A stretch of DNA of 64,000 nt. It comes from Salpingoeca rosetta. Its lineage: Eukaryota; Protista; Choanoflagellata. Both the position numbers and the translations under genes were made by a program. This document shows, piece by piece, positions 44,971 through 64,000 of the stretch; within the stretch, counting starts at the first letter, position 1; the number at the start of each line of letters is the position of its first letter. The DNA is taken from contig JAWQFM010000016.1 in the NCBI GenBank assembly GCA_033442325.1, positions 1,159,679 to 1,223,678 of the forward strand, written 5' to 3'. The notes beneath the pieces are model-generated. The model saw nothing but the letters and a program-made list of their open reading frames with translations, was not told the origin of the DNA and searched no databases.

Positions 44971-46919
44971 ACACACTCTCTCTCTCACTCACACACTCAC
45001 TCACTCATACACACCTACAGTCTGAGATCAGCTGCGGCACAGAGACGTGTGAGGGAGGAGAGCTGTGCGAGTACAGCTTTGGCGTGCCAACCGGGTGCAC
45101 GTGCGGCCCATATGCATACAGGGCTGGTGGCGGCTCTTGTGTTCTCAACGGCACAACAACGACGACCACCACCACGACAACCACGTCAACCACAATAACG
45201 GACACAACCACATTGACGCTGAGCACGACCAATGTCAGCGTTTCCAGCACCTCCGCAAGCTCCACAGAGTCGACTTCCCACTCATCCACATCGGTGTCGT
45301 CAACATCGGTGTCGTCGACGACGGCCACCAGCACGGACACGATCAGCAACAGCAGTAGCAGCAGCGCCGCCACGACAACTTCGGTGGGTGAGGCGATGGT
45401 GAACACGACTGCGACATCAACGACAATGGCGACACCGCACAATGCAAGTGTGCCATCGACCAGCGCGTTGCCGTCCACGCAGACTGATCCTGAAGGCAAC
45501 AACACAGCCACAGCAACAACCACACCCACAACCACAACCACGTCGCAAGGGACGACCACCGCAGGCGGAGGTCATGCGCCCACGGTCACCACCACAACAA
45601 TGGCCACGCCACCCGTGCATGCAACAACAACAACAACAACAAGCGCAAGCACAACCATGCGCACCCCAGCCACGGCAGCAACGGACACGACGGGTGTGCA
45701 GCCAAACCAGATGGCGTCATCATCATCATCATCCCAACTAGCGTCGTCTTCTTCTGCGGCGTCCACAGTCTCCCCCTCGACACTGCCCCCAGACAGCCCG
45801 GCAGGGAGCAGGGCGATTGGCAGCTCGGGCCTGTGGACGCTGGTTGGTGTCGGCGCGGCTGTGCTGATGGCCGTCGTTGTGGTGTTGCTGCTCGCGTACA
45901 CGAGGCGCAGGCACCGGCGTGCGCAGCGGCAGCCGTACGACGAGAACCAATATGGCGGCATTGGCAAGAAAATGGGCGCATCTACAGCCATGTTTGCCAA
46001 CCCGACCTTCGCGGGCGACCACCACTACGAACAGCCCACGGGCGATGATGGTGCTGGTGGTAACAGTGGCGGTGACGGCCGTGCTGGTCGCCAGGCCATT
46101 AACCCTACGTATGCAGCGGGGCCGAGCAGTCACGGCTTTGCAGCGCCACCTTCACCGGAGTACGAGGCGGTGGACGCTGTCCCCTTCCATTCTCACCAGC
46201 ACCAGCACCAGCACCAGCACCAGCAGGAGTACGATCAAGAACCCGCATCACAGCAGCGGTACTTGCAGCCTGTTACGCAGCATGGCGGCAGCAACTATGC
46301 AGCGCCCGCATACGAGGAGCCGGATGCCATGGATAGCGGCGGTGATGGCAGTGCACGCCATGTGCCAACAGAGTACGCTGTGCCGCGGGTGCTTGATCTC
46401 GTTGGCGGGCGCGTGTACCTCAAGCCCAACACGGACGATGATGATGCAGATGGCGTGTATGGCGTCGTGGATGCAGACGCGCAGCCCGAATACGGCACCT
46501 TGGCCGGCATTCCCGGTGCCGTGTTGCCGCCATCCCACGAGGCCCATCGACGTTGTGGTGGAAGTGAACCTGATGGTGGTGACGAGTACGACTACCCGCG
46601 TTGTGTGCCGCGTTCCGAGGAGGATTGCAGAGACCCGCATGCGGCTGGGGAAGATGATGAGCAGCAGTATGACGTGCCTCGCAAAGCGCCATTGAGAAGA
46701 AGACCCAACGCTGACGCTGGTTCTGCCCATGACGCAGGTTCTGCTGATGATGGTGACGGTGATGACGATGATGGCGTGTATGATCTGCCGCGAGCGGCGC
46801 CCAAGCCAAAACACAACAAACCTGCCGATGTTGCTGATGACGATTATGATGATGGCGACGTTGGTTTGGACGCACAGTCTGGCTTTGGCTTTGAGGCTGG
46901 TGATGACCTGAACGTTTGA
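43032..46919 (+). CDS. Receptor A: signal peptide - extracellular C2 - 2 EGF - Thr/Ser stalk - TM - multi-tyrosine tail
   Basis: Exons 43032-43098, 43271-43464, 43652-43705, 43887-44010, 44180-44258, 44400-44451, 45021-46919 are phase-consistent. C2: HLKVLVHNARVQNRDKNGRSDPRVQM...TSVIQNRLNPSWEELIDFG...LEDRD. TM LWTLVGVGAAVLMAVVVVLLLAY followed by RRRHRR. Confidence 0.85.
44682..44895. mobile_element. Candidate ~214-bp transposable-element fragment or solo LTR inserted in an intronic (CA)n array
   Basis: Non-repetitive, compositionally distinct block bounded by TG...CA with imperfect inverted ends (TGAGAT / ATCTCGCA). The same ACACTCGCTTACAC unit lies on both flanks. No clear target-site duplication. 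Confidence 0.35.
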
Positions 46920-47407
46920 AACCAATGTTTCTTTTTGCTTGTCTTGTTTTTGTTTCCGTTTCATGCTGCTGACCCTTTCTCCTTGTCGCTCTTCTTCTTC
47001 TTCTTCTTCTTCTTCTTCTTCTTCTTTTCCCTGTGTTATCTTGCTTGCTTGCAAGAAGCCTGCGTGTTCGCACTGCCTGTTGGCACGTTGACACCTGAGA
47101 CAACTTTCTGAATTTGATTTCTTTTGAGTGATTCGATGCAAGTGTTTCCTTTTCTTCCATCGCCTTTGTGGATTGCCTCATACGAATGTCGTTTGCAAAT
47201 ATTCCGGTGATATCACCGCGCTGCCCAACAAAGGCGCAGCGAGTTTTGCTCGTATTTTCCTCCCACAGAAAAAGCGACCACGCAAACACCAACTGCAGCG
47301 ACGATCGTGCTTGACTTGTGGTGGTCGTGGTGTTTGAGAGTCAGTCGAGTCGGACAGACAAAAGCACACAGGCAAGAAGGAAGAAGAAGAAGACGACGAC
47401 AACAACG

Positions 47408-49564
47408 ATGACCGCGACTGCTGCTGTGAAGGTGGCCGTGGCCACGGTGGCCCTGCTGCTCGTCTGCAGCTCCACTCGAGTGGAAGGTGCGTGGCCATAA
47501 TAATTTGTTCGACTGGCTGTCTGTGTTTGTTTGTATTTGGAGTTGTGGCTGTGGGTCTGTGGCTTTGTGGTTGTGGCTGTGGCTCTGTGGCTGTGGCTCT
47601 GTGGCTGTGGGTCTGTGGCTCTGTGGTTGTGGCTGTGGGTCTGTGGCTCTATGGCTCTGTGGCTGTGGGTCTGTGGTTGTGGCTGTTGCCTTCTTTTATG
47701 ACACAAGGACACTTACACCCAGAAATGCGCGTGCGCTGTAGGCGGAAGGCTGAGGGTGTACGCCAAGAGTGGCAACATCCCATGGAGCGAGGATCGGGAC
47801 ATCTTCAGCGATGCAGATGTGGCTGTGAGGCTTCGAGTGGAAGGAGTGACAGACTACATGAACACAAGAGAGATCGAGAGCAACAGCCCAACATGGAATC
47901 AGTGGCTGGATTTTGGGCGACCGGACATTGGGCCCTCGGTGAGTGTGCTGAAGCGAGTGCCGGGCGCCAGTTAGGCAGTTGCTTAGTGCAAAAGCACTCT
48001 CACGTGCGGAGTACTTTGTTGACCAACTCTAACCTCGTGTCATCATCCTGCGTTGCTGCTGCATTGTGCGACAGGGAACGGTGCGGGCGCAAATGTGGGA
48101 CACGGACAATAGCTTTTTTGATTCAACCGATGACTTGGTAAGATACATTGGTTCATCACGTTGCAAGCTTTTCAACGGCGTTTGTTGTGTTCTTGGACTT
48201 AGCGTCAGAGCTGCCCTCTCATGATTCACACTTTGCGCCACAGATTGCCGAAGACACGTTCAGCTTCTCGTTCAGCGGATGCAGCAAGCAAACGCGGTCC
48301 TTTCGGTTGAGCAAAGACATCTACATCACGGTTTGGTTCCCGTTTGTTGGCAACACCCGCTTCAAACTTGGCACGACCACGTTTGACTTTGACCTCGAAT
48401 ACACCCCAAGTAAGCACCGACGTGTTGACGTTTGTCCTGTCAGGAAGACAACCCCTTGTCCCTCAACTCTGGCATCCTCCTCACCCTTGCACCCACCTCA
48501 TCCACTCACCACCTCCCCGCACCCTCCCTACAGCCAACCTGTGTTCGACGTCATACTGCGATGCGACCTCGACCACATGCTCCTGTAACTCCGACAACAG
48601 TGCAACGTGCGTCACTGATGTTGTACCACCGCGATCACCGAGCCACGCGGTTGCTCACTTCCGATGTTTGTGCACGCTTCCCTGTTTTCTTTGTCACCTT
48701 CAACCTCCACCAAACCCCCAACCCCCAACCATGTCCATCACCCACTGTGCTCCCCTCCCCCTTTGCAGGTGCTCCTGCAAGAGCGGGTACACCTATGTTG
48801 ATGCACGGCGTTGCCAAGAGCGCAACATCTGCACCAACAACGCCAAACGTTGCGACCTCTCCTCCACCACGTAAGCTGCTGATGCGATGCATGAAACAAC
48901 AGGAGCAAGACCGAAGGAGGGTTGACTCGCATGTATTTCTCTGTCCAACAGTGAAGAAGCGCTTTGCGCGACGCAACGCGGCTGCCTCTTGTGCTCTGGT
49001 TCACGCACGTTGTTACATTCTGTTCTTCCATTCGCCCCCTCCCCTGTACTTCACCACCACCACCACCACGCGTCCTGTCTTCTTATCGTCTGTTTCCTTT
49101 CACAACAGGTGCCGCAAGACGGGTCCAGGCACGGCCGAGTGCGACTGCAAGGCCGGCTACCGCCGCAGCACCTCCATCTCATGTGCCGCCATCAACCCGT
49201 GCAGCGACAACCCCAACATCTGTGGCAGCAACTCCCAGTGCTCCATGACGGGACCGGGCACGTACAGATGCACGTGTGAGGATGGCTTCTCCTCGTCGAC
49301 ACGCGACAACAAGAACTGCAGGCCTATCGACAGGTGTGAGCTGAACACGGACACATGCAGCGGCAATACCATCTGCGAATACCTGGGACCCAACAGGTTC
49401 AAGTGCACGGAGTGCCCCGACGGCCACAAGGCGACGGACGACGAATGCAAGCAGATCAACCCCTGCATGGAGAACGAAGGCATCTGCGGCGACAACGCAC
49501 GCTGTGAATTTGCCGGACGTAAGTCAAGGAAGGAGGGATTGTGTGTGTGTGTGTGTGTGTGTGC

Positions 49565-49605
<41 letters not shown>

Positions 49606-50172
49606 TGAGTACATCAAAGCTGCGCATCCATTTTCCGTCGCGCCTCATCTCACATGATTCCATCCCAATCTACTGTTTCCTCTGCTCTTTATCCCCCACG
49701 TCCCGTGGTACAGCTGGCAAGTACGCGTGCATGTGCGCGAGTGGATACGAGCACAACTCGCCCACAGATAAGTGCACACCCATCAACCGCTGCGAACAGA
49801 CACCAGGCCCTTGCGGCGACAACTCCAAGTGCTCTCCAACAGGTGCTGTTTGCGTGTGTGCATGCGTGCGTCAGAGAGTGTGTGTGTATGTGGTGTATGT
49901 TTGTGCGTGCAGGTGGAAACGTGTCTGGTTCATGCCAAGCTTGATCCACACTCTCGATTCCTCACTCTCGTCTCCTCACTGCTGTCTCACCCTCATCTGC
50001 CTGCTTCCCCTTGCCCCTGCAGGTCCCGGCACATACACGTGCCAGTGTGAGCAAGGGTACGAGTCCGATGACAATGCCCAGACGGTGAGTCGCACCACAT
50101 GTTCCGCCAATGCACCTGCGACAACACACACTCTCTGTCTATTTGTCTGTCTGTCCGTCTCTCTTTTCCTCT

Positions 50173-50258
<86 letters not shown>

Positions 50259-50445
50259 GTTCATCAACAGAACTGCTCGCCTATCAACCCGTGCGACACG
50301 AACAACGGCGGGTGTGGTTCCAACTCCCAATGCGATCACACGGGACCAGGCACGCGCAGGTGCACGTGCGACGCTGGCTACAGAAGCACCTCCAACGACG
50401 GAGCAAACTGTGTGGTGGGTTCACGGTGCAGCTGTTGAGTAGCAG

Positions 50446-50511
<66 letters not shown>

Positions 50512-51928
50512 GTGTGTGTGTACACTTGTGCTCCATCGCTCATTGTTGTTGCCTCTCGTCCCAACAACACTGCTCCTTGCATGACATGCGTTCACCCTTC
50601 GCACTTACACCCACCACCACCACCACTATCAACATTACAGGAGATTGACCCGTGTGTCACCGACAACGGAGGCTGCGGCGATGCAAGCACCACCCTGTGT
50701 GTAAAATGTGATGTGGTGCCTTGTGCTCCATCATTATTGTTGTGCTTGCAGCATGCCAGCTTCTTTTGTGGCGCTTCCACTTGCACACCACCACCTGCCG
50801 TTCCCCTCACCATCACCATCACTCCAACACACCATCTGCTCCTGTGCTCCGCCATCTCTTCGCTGCAGGTGCACCAAGACGGGCCCGAACGAGCGCGAGT
50901 GCAGCTGCAGGGACGGATTCACGTCGGAGACGGGGCGCGACTGCATCTGGATCAACCCATGCGTCAACGAGGACTACGGCGGCTGTCTGCAAGCAACAGA
51001 GATGTGAGCCTGTGTCTTGTGTGTTGTTGTGTGCGTTGTATGCGTGTGTGTAGGCATACATTGCATCTGCGCGTTCATCACCACCGATGTTGCTTGGCCT
51101 TGCACCCCACCTGACTTTCGCACGCTTCCATCCTTCACCTCCACAACAACAGCTGCATGAACACCGGCCCCAATGAGAACAAGTGCGAGTGCCGCACCGG
51201 CTTTGAGTTTGATCAAGAAACCGGACACTGCCAGGTGTGTGTGTGTGTGTCGTTGGAGTTCTTGTGACACTGGCGTATATCATGTTGTTTCCCCAAACAC
51301 ATCATGTCACTGCAATGCATCTCTCAACTGCGCGCGCTCACGCATTGGCACTCTCTCCTCCTGTCTCTTCTCCTCTCGCTCCTCATTCCATCATCAGCGC
51401 CCCAAGTGCGGTGACGGGCCGGCGTGCCCAGAGTTTGCGTCGTGTCAGGACGGCACGTGCGTGTGCAAGGGGAGCCTGCGGTTGGTCGAGACAGACACGG
51501 GTGACCTGGCCTGTGCCCCAACAACCACCACCACAACTACCACCACAACCACAACTACCACCACTACCACAACTACCACCACTACCACGACCACCACAAC
51601 CACAACTACCACCACAACCACAACCACGACAACTTCCACCACCACAACCACAACTACCACCACAACCACAACCACGACAACTTCCACCACCACAACCACG
51701 ACAACTTCCACCACCACTACCACTACCTCGACTACAAGCACATCAACAACCACATCAACAACCACGACGAGCACCGCCAAGGAGGACAAGACAACCGCAG
51801 CCCCGGACACGACAACAACAGCAACAACCACGACTCCGAACAGCCAGGAATCGACAACGAGCAAGACTGATACAACTACGCCAGGCCAAACCACCACCAA
51901 CGATGCTGTGGACACCACCACCACCACC

Positions 51929-51976
<48 letters not shown>

Positions 51977-53005
51977 GACACTGCTACTGCTACTGCCACG
52001 ACTGCCACGGCCAATGCCACTGCTGTGCCTGGCGGCAACGGGACGACGAGCGGCTCACCCGCGGTTGTGCGACCAACGGCAAGCGGGCCCGGGTCCCCGT
52101 CTGCATCGAGCAACAGCAACACGGCAAAGGCCACGATGTGGGGCGCTGTGGGCGGCTCTGCGGGGCTGATTGTCGTCATTGTCGTTGTGGTTGTCGTGGT
52201 GGTGGTGTCCCGTCGCCGTCGCAGCGGCAGCAGCAGCAGCAAGGCGTCGTGGGATGCGCCACGCGTGTCGCACGTCAACCCAATCTTCTCCGCGCCGCCC
52301 CCGGCCAACGGGCTGTACGACACGGTTGAGCCCGCACCAGAGGGTGGCCGTTTGATGGTCAACACCAACTACGAGGACACCAGCGCCCTGCGTGGCCCTG
52401 GTGGTATGTATGCGCTTGGTGATGCTGATGAGGAGGGCAACTACCAGACGCTGCCTGCGTTTGGCGATGAGGATGCGGACATGACCACGTCTGGCTACCA
52501 GGATGTGGCCGGTTACGACTACGGCAATGATGCCATGCATGAGGGTGGCTACGCCGATGTGGCGCCCCGCACGCCCACCCAAGCAGTCGTGCACGAGCCT
52601 GGCTACGCTGATGTTGGCGGCATTGCCGTGGTGCACGAGCACGGCTATGGCGATGTTGGTGGCCCCGCCACGCACGAGCCCGGGTACGCAGACGTGGACC
52701 CAGAGTCGACGTACGACACCCCGCGGCACACCGCACGCCCGGCTTACGACAACGTCGCGCGCTCGTCAGGCCCGCTGTACGATGTGCCGAAGCGCGATGC
52801 AGACGCCACGTACGACAGCGTCACGCTTGGCTCGCCCACGTACGACAACCCGCGCGTGATCAACCTGGCTGCCGACACCGCGACGTACGACAACCCGCGT
52901 GTTGTGCTGGACGACAACGCAGAGTACGACCTACCACGCCGCGCGCCCAAGGGCAAGGCGGGCAAGGAGAAGGGCTTTGGCTTTGACGATGACATGGACG
53001 TCTGA
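47408..53005 (+). CDS. Receptor B (paralog of A): signal peptide - extracellular C2 - ~10 EGF - Thr stalk - TM - multi-tyrosine tail
   Basis: Exons 47408-47486, 47742-47938, 48075-48137, 48244-48409, 48534-48607, 48769-48870, further EGF exons, and a last exon ~51398-53005. C2: GRLRVYAKSG...DRDIFSDADVAVRL...SPTWNQWLDFG...QMWDTDNSFFDSTDDL. EGFs of the INPCxxNNGGC...CxxTGPGxxxCxCxxGY type. TM MWGAVGGSAGLIVVIVVVVVVVVV followed by SRRRR. Confidence 0.88.
47545..47685. repeat. Degenerate TGTGGC/TCTGTGGC minisatellite in intron 1 of receptor B
   Basis: Directly visible. Confidence 0.85.
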
Positions 53006-53845
53006 GGATGAGCAACAGACAACTAGCACCGTGGCTGTCGTTGTCTGTGCCCTGTCGTTTGCTTCTTGTTTATGGTGGTTTGTGCTTTGTTGCCTTGTGG
53101 TTTTGGTTTGCGTTGGTGCTTTTGGTTTACGTTCGTGTTATCGTTCGCGTTCGCGTTGTCGTTCGCGCTTGTTGTGCTTTGGCTCGTTGTTTTCGCTCGT
53201 TTCCTCCATCCCCCTTAGCTTCAACTCAAGTTGCCAATTGGCTGTTATGGCCTCGCTTCTTCTTCTTCATCAGTTCATCTCCGGCCCACTTTGACTTTGG
53301 TTATGCTACGCTTCTTGTGACACTTTGGTTTTGCTGGATCACCACCTCTTCTCCCCCTCCCGACTTGCTCGTGATGGGCATTGTGCTGGGTATCACAGTG
53401 CACGCGATATTCCGTGTTTGTGTGTTGGTTTTGTTTGCGTTCATTTTTTTGTGGCTTGTGTGGTCTGGTTTTGATTTGGCTCACTTTGCTCATTTCATGC
53501 ACGAGGCAAGTGCTTTGCGTTCACCTCCCTCGCTTGCCTTGCCTGTGGGTGCTGTTGTCGTGAGTTTGATTGAACAGAGCATGCATCATCACGACTGTAT
53601 GTCAAAACAAGCAAGAGACCGCCGCCGCAATCAAACCAGGTTGCAGCATCATAAAAAGTAGCCGAATGTTCAGCGATCTCAAACAGCATAAAACGCAGTG
53701 AGACCCAGACTCGCCCACGACGCACGCTTCCTGCCTGCTGCCTGTTGTGCACTGCTGCGAGCATCAACCGACCAGCCAGAGAGCCAACCACAACAACACA
53801 CAACGCACACCTCTCATTCTCTTCGCGCTGCCCACAACAACAACG

Positions 53846-56993
<3,148 letters not shown>

Positions 56994-57175
56994 TCGCCGC
57001 CAACGCCAAGTGTTTCGCTGTGGCTGAGTGCGCCTGTGCACGTATTAGCGTACTTTGTCGCTTTCCATTGTTTGTTTGTTCGTGTGTGTGTGTGTGTGTG
57101 TGTGTGTCTGTGTCTGTGTCTGTCTGTCTGTCTGTGTCTGTGCGTGTGTGTCTGTGTCTGTGTCTGTGTCTGTCT

Positions 57176-57242
<67 letters not shown>

Positions 57243-57346
57243 CTGCGTCTGCGTGTCTGTCTGTCTGCCGATGCTTGTTCTTGCTTGTCTGTCCACAGTT
57301 TCCTTGGTTTTGCTGAAAGTACACCGGCACTACCAGCGCGCAATTT

Positions 57347-57442
<96 letters not shown>

Positions 57443-58119
57443 CACCAATAATATTTGTGCATGGAATCATTCGAAGTTTATTTGCGTTTTGTTCGCACTT
57501 ACATGTGGTTGCGACTGACGTGTTGCCTGGGGCAACCTGGGCACTTTGATGCTCCAATATGACACACTTCGCCACTGTACGCTTAAATTCGCTTGAGTTC
57601 GCGTGTGTTCGCTTGTGTTTGGCTCGTGTGATTGACCGTTGGGTCGCCATGCAAGGTGTCGCGTTGCTGTGTCACGCTGCACGAGACGGTTGTGTTTTGC
57701 ACGCATCGAAAACAAGCAAAGGAAAACTCACCCAACTCCCAACCTTCTGCGCTGCATCCACCACCCAAACACACACCATATCCATCAAGCCACATCCCCC
57801 CCCCCCCCCCAAGCGCTTGATGACTTCACCATAACCAACGCCAAGCGTCATCGGCCTTCTTCTTCTTCTTCTTCTTCTTCTTCTTCTTCTTCTTCTTCTT
57901 CTTCTTCTGCCGTCTATTGTTGTCGTCATCATTGTGTGTGTGTGCGTTTGTGTTGCACACGAATGACGGAGAACAAGGCTTGCTTGCTTGCTTGCTTGTT
58001 GGCTGCTTCATTTTCCATCACCTGTCGCAGAACATCAAGCCAACTTGAACCACACACCACCAAACACACAAACACATCACAAGCCACAAGCCACAAGCCA
58101 CAAGCCACAAGCAGCGACC

Positions 58120-62170
<4,051 letters not shown>

Positions 62171-62477
62171 CTGTCATCTCTTGTGTGTTGTGTGTGTGTC
62201 TGTGTGTCTGTGTGTCTGTGTGCGTGTCTGTGTCTGTGCCTGTGTCTAATATGTAGCTTGTGGTCGCTGACCCATAGTTTAACAGCTGCGGGCGCGTGAG
62301 ATTGAATTCGGTAACGGACAGCTTGCGCCCAGAGAGACTCGTCTGTACGCAATGTTCCTGGCTGCTGTGCAGCAAGCAATGTGCTCTCATTCAATCATTG
62401 TCATCACCATCACGATTGCTATGACCGTCATCATGCAACTAAACAAACAATCGAAAACGCGCCAATGCATTGAATTG

Positions 62478-62579
<102 letters not shown>

Positions 62580-62606
62580 AAGACCAAGCATCCTCGTGCA
62601 ACCGAC

Positions 62607-63022
62607 CTGCTTGTGCTTCGGCAGCCGCTCCGATGCGTCGGGTGTTCCCGGGCGACCAGACAAGTTGTTCTGCAGAACAACGGGGAGGTGGAGGCGGTGG
62701 TGGCGGCGGGCAGAGGTGATGAAGAATGAGGGCGACGTTCGCAACGTACAGTAAAGCAGGAATTGAGGAGGAAAGAGAAACTTGTCCACACACACATACA
62801 CACACACAGAAACACACACACACACAGAAACACACACACACACACAGAAACAGAAACACACACACACACACACTCGCATACACACAACAGCGGTTGGTGA
62901 GTACGCACCCGTGAGATGCGGACAATGGATGTGGTCTCGACGTCGCTAGGGTCTGTCAGCGCCGTGAAGAAAATGTCCTGTTTGCACGTCAGCATGCGCG
63001 GGTGGTGCATCGGCAGCGTCTG

Positions 63023-63100
<78 letters not shown>

Positions 63101-63612
63101 GTACGCGGGAGGATCAATGTGAGCTGGTGCGGGAAGAACACAAGAAGGATGTCGTTGGTTTGTTTGCTGGTTAGCTTGTGCCTGCATGCGTGCGTGTTCA
63201 CTTGTGTGCGTGCTTTACCTTGACGAGGTTGCCGTTGATGAGCGTGGAAACTTGAATGGCCGACGACGTGAACGCGAGCAAATAGGGGTACACGTACGCT
63301 GAAGGTGGAAGGGGGATCATCACGCAAGCGGTGGCACAACCATAATGAGGTACTTTGAAGGGCAATGCAGAATTCATGCAAAGCGATTTCACAACCGAGA
63401 ATCCAAGCACAAACGCACATGCATACACACACACACATACACACTATCCCTCTGCTCTCTGCACCACCCAATGGAACGAGAGCACAGCATCACCGCGCAC
63501 CGAGCTCCGTTGGTCGGCTGCGCCAGCTGATGGTGAACGGCCGCGTCTTCTCGCCAGCGGCAGAGATGAACTCCGTCACCTGCACAGCACAACCCGTAAT
63601 GATGGTGGTGGC

Positions 63613-63665
<53 letters not shown>

Positions 63666-63936
63666 TGAGCGTGTGTGTGTGTGTGTGACGAAACAGTTCT
63701 GGAGAGCTTGTGGTACGCAATTGAACCACGCAAACAACTGCCTCTACTGCCCGCAACTGGAACCGCACAACCACCACCACATCCATCACCAGCACAATCA
63801 CCATCGAAAGATCACGCACCGCGTTGTAGCCGATCATAAACTCCATAATGTCGTCGTTTTCGCCCTCCACAATTTCCCTGCACACATACGCGCTGATTCC
63901 ACCGGGAACCGATGTGCCGCTCAGCAGCACCTTCAC
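62607..63936 (-). CDS. 3' exons of a CNH-domain protein, GARNL3-like (gene continues past the window; final exon unresolved)
   Basis: RPFTISWRSRPTEL|AYVYPYLLAFTSSAIQVSTLINGNLVK|TLPMHHPRMLTCKQDIFFTA matches the C-terminal part of CNH domains, especially the PYLLAFT...NGNLV...DIxFTA pattern recalled for GARNL3. Confidence 0.7.
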
Positions 63937-64000
63937 CTGCAGCGAAGAGAGGTGGAAGGGAAAATGAGGCAACGGACGACGCAATTGGGGGGGGGGGGGT

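Noticed and set aside
45900-53005. Receptor tyrosine kinases
   Set aside because: No kinase motifs (GxGxxG, HRD, DFG in context) in either tail; both end in a stop right after the GFGF motif.
57082-57440. Intergenic (GT)n...(CA)n fold-back as a MITE or hairpin RNA
   Set aside because: The complementarity comes only from dinucleotide repeats that are ubiquitous here; no specific terminal inverted repeats or target-site duplication.

Overview
Eukaryotic, intron-rich, gene-dense genomic DNA saturated with (GT)n/(CA)n microsatellites. Gene content and style (HYR, EGF, tyrosine-rich receptor tails, 42-aa TPR proteins, RABGAP1, mucolipin, GARNL3-like CNH) point to a choanoflagellate, most likely Salpingoeca rosetta or a relative (inference). 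Most ORF-track entries are microsatellite or antisense artefacts. Splicing by hand gives about 13 genes: an HYR/SEA-like type I membrane protein; a TIR/HET-like + ~21 TPR protein; an intronless beta-propeller protein; PRPF31 (-); a RABGAP1-like TBC protein; mucolipin/TRPML (-); an F-box/LRR protein; a degenerate nucleotidyltransferase-methyltransferase fusion; two tandem paralogous receptors; mitoribosomal mL44; a bacterial-type secreted metzincin; and the 3' part of a GARNL3-like CNH gene (-). The best candidate for an undescribed system is the receptor pair at 43032-53005. Each has signal peptide, an extracellular perforin-like C2 domain, EGF repeats, a Thr stalk, a TM helix and a kinase-less tail with 18 tyrosines, NPxF/Y and YxxP motifs and a shared GFGF...V C-terminus. 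The TIR/HET-like-TPR putative immune receptor is second. All domain calls come from motif recognition by eye; no searches were run.
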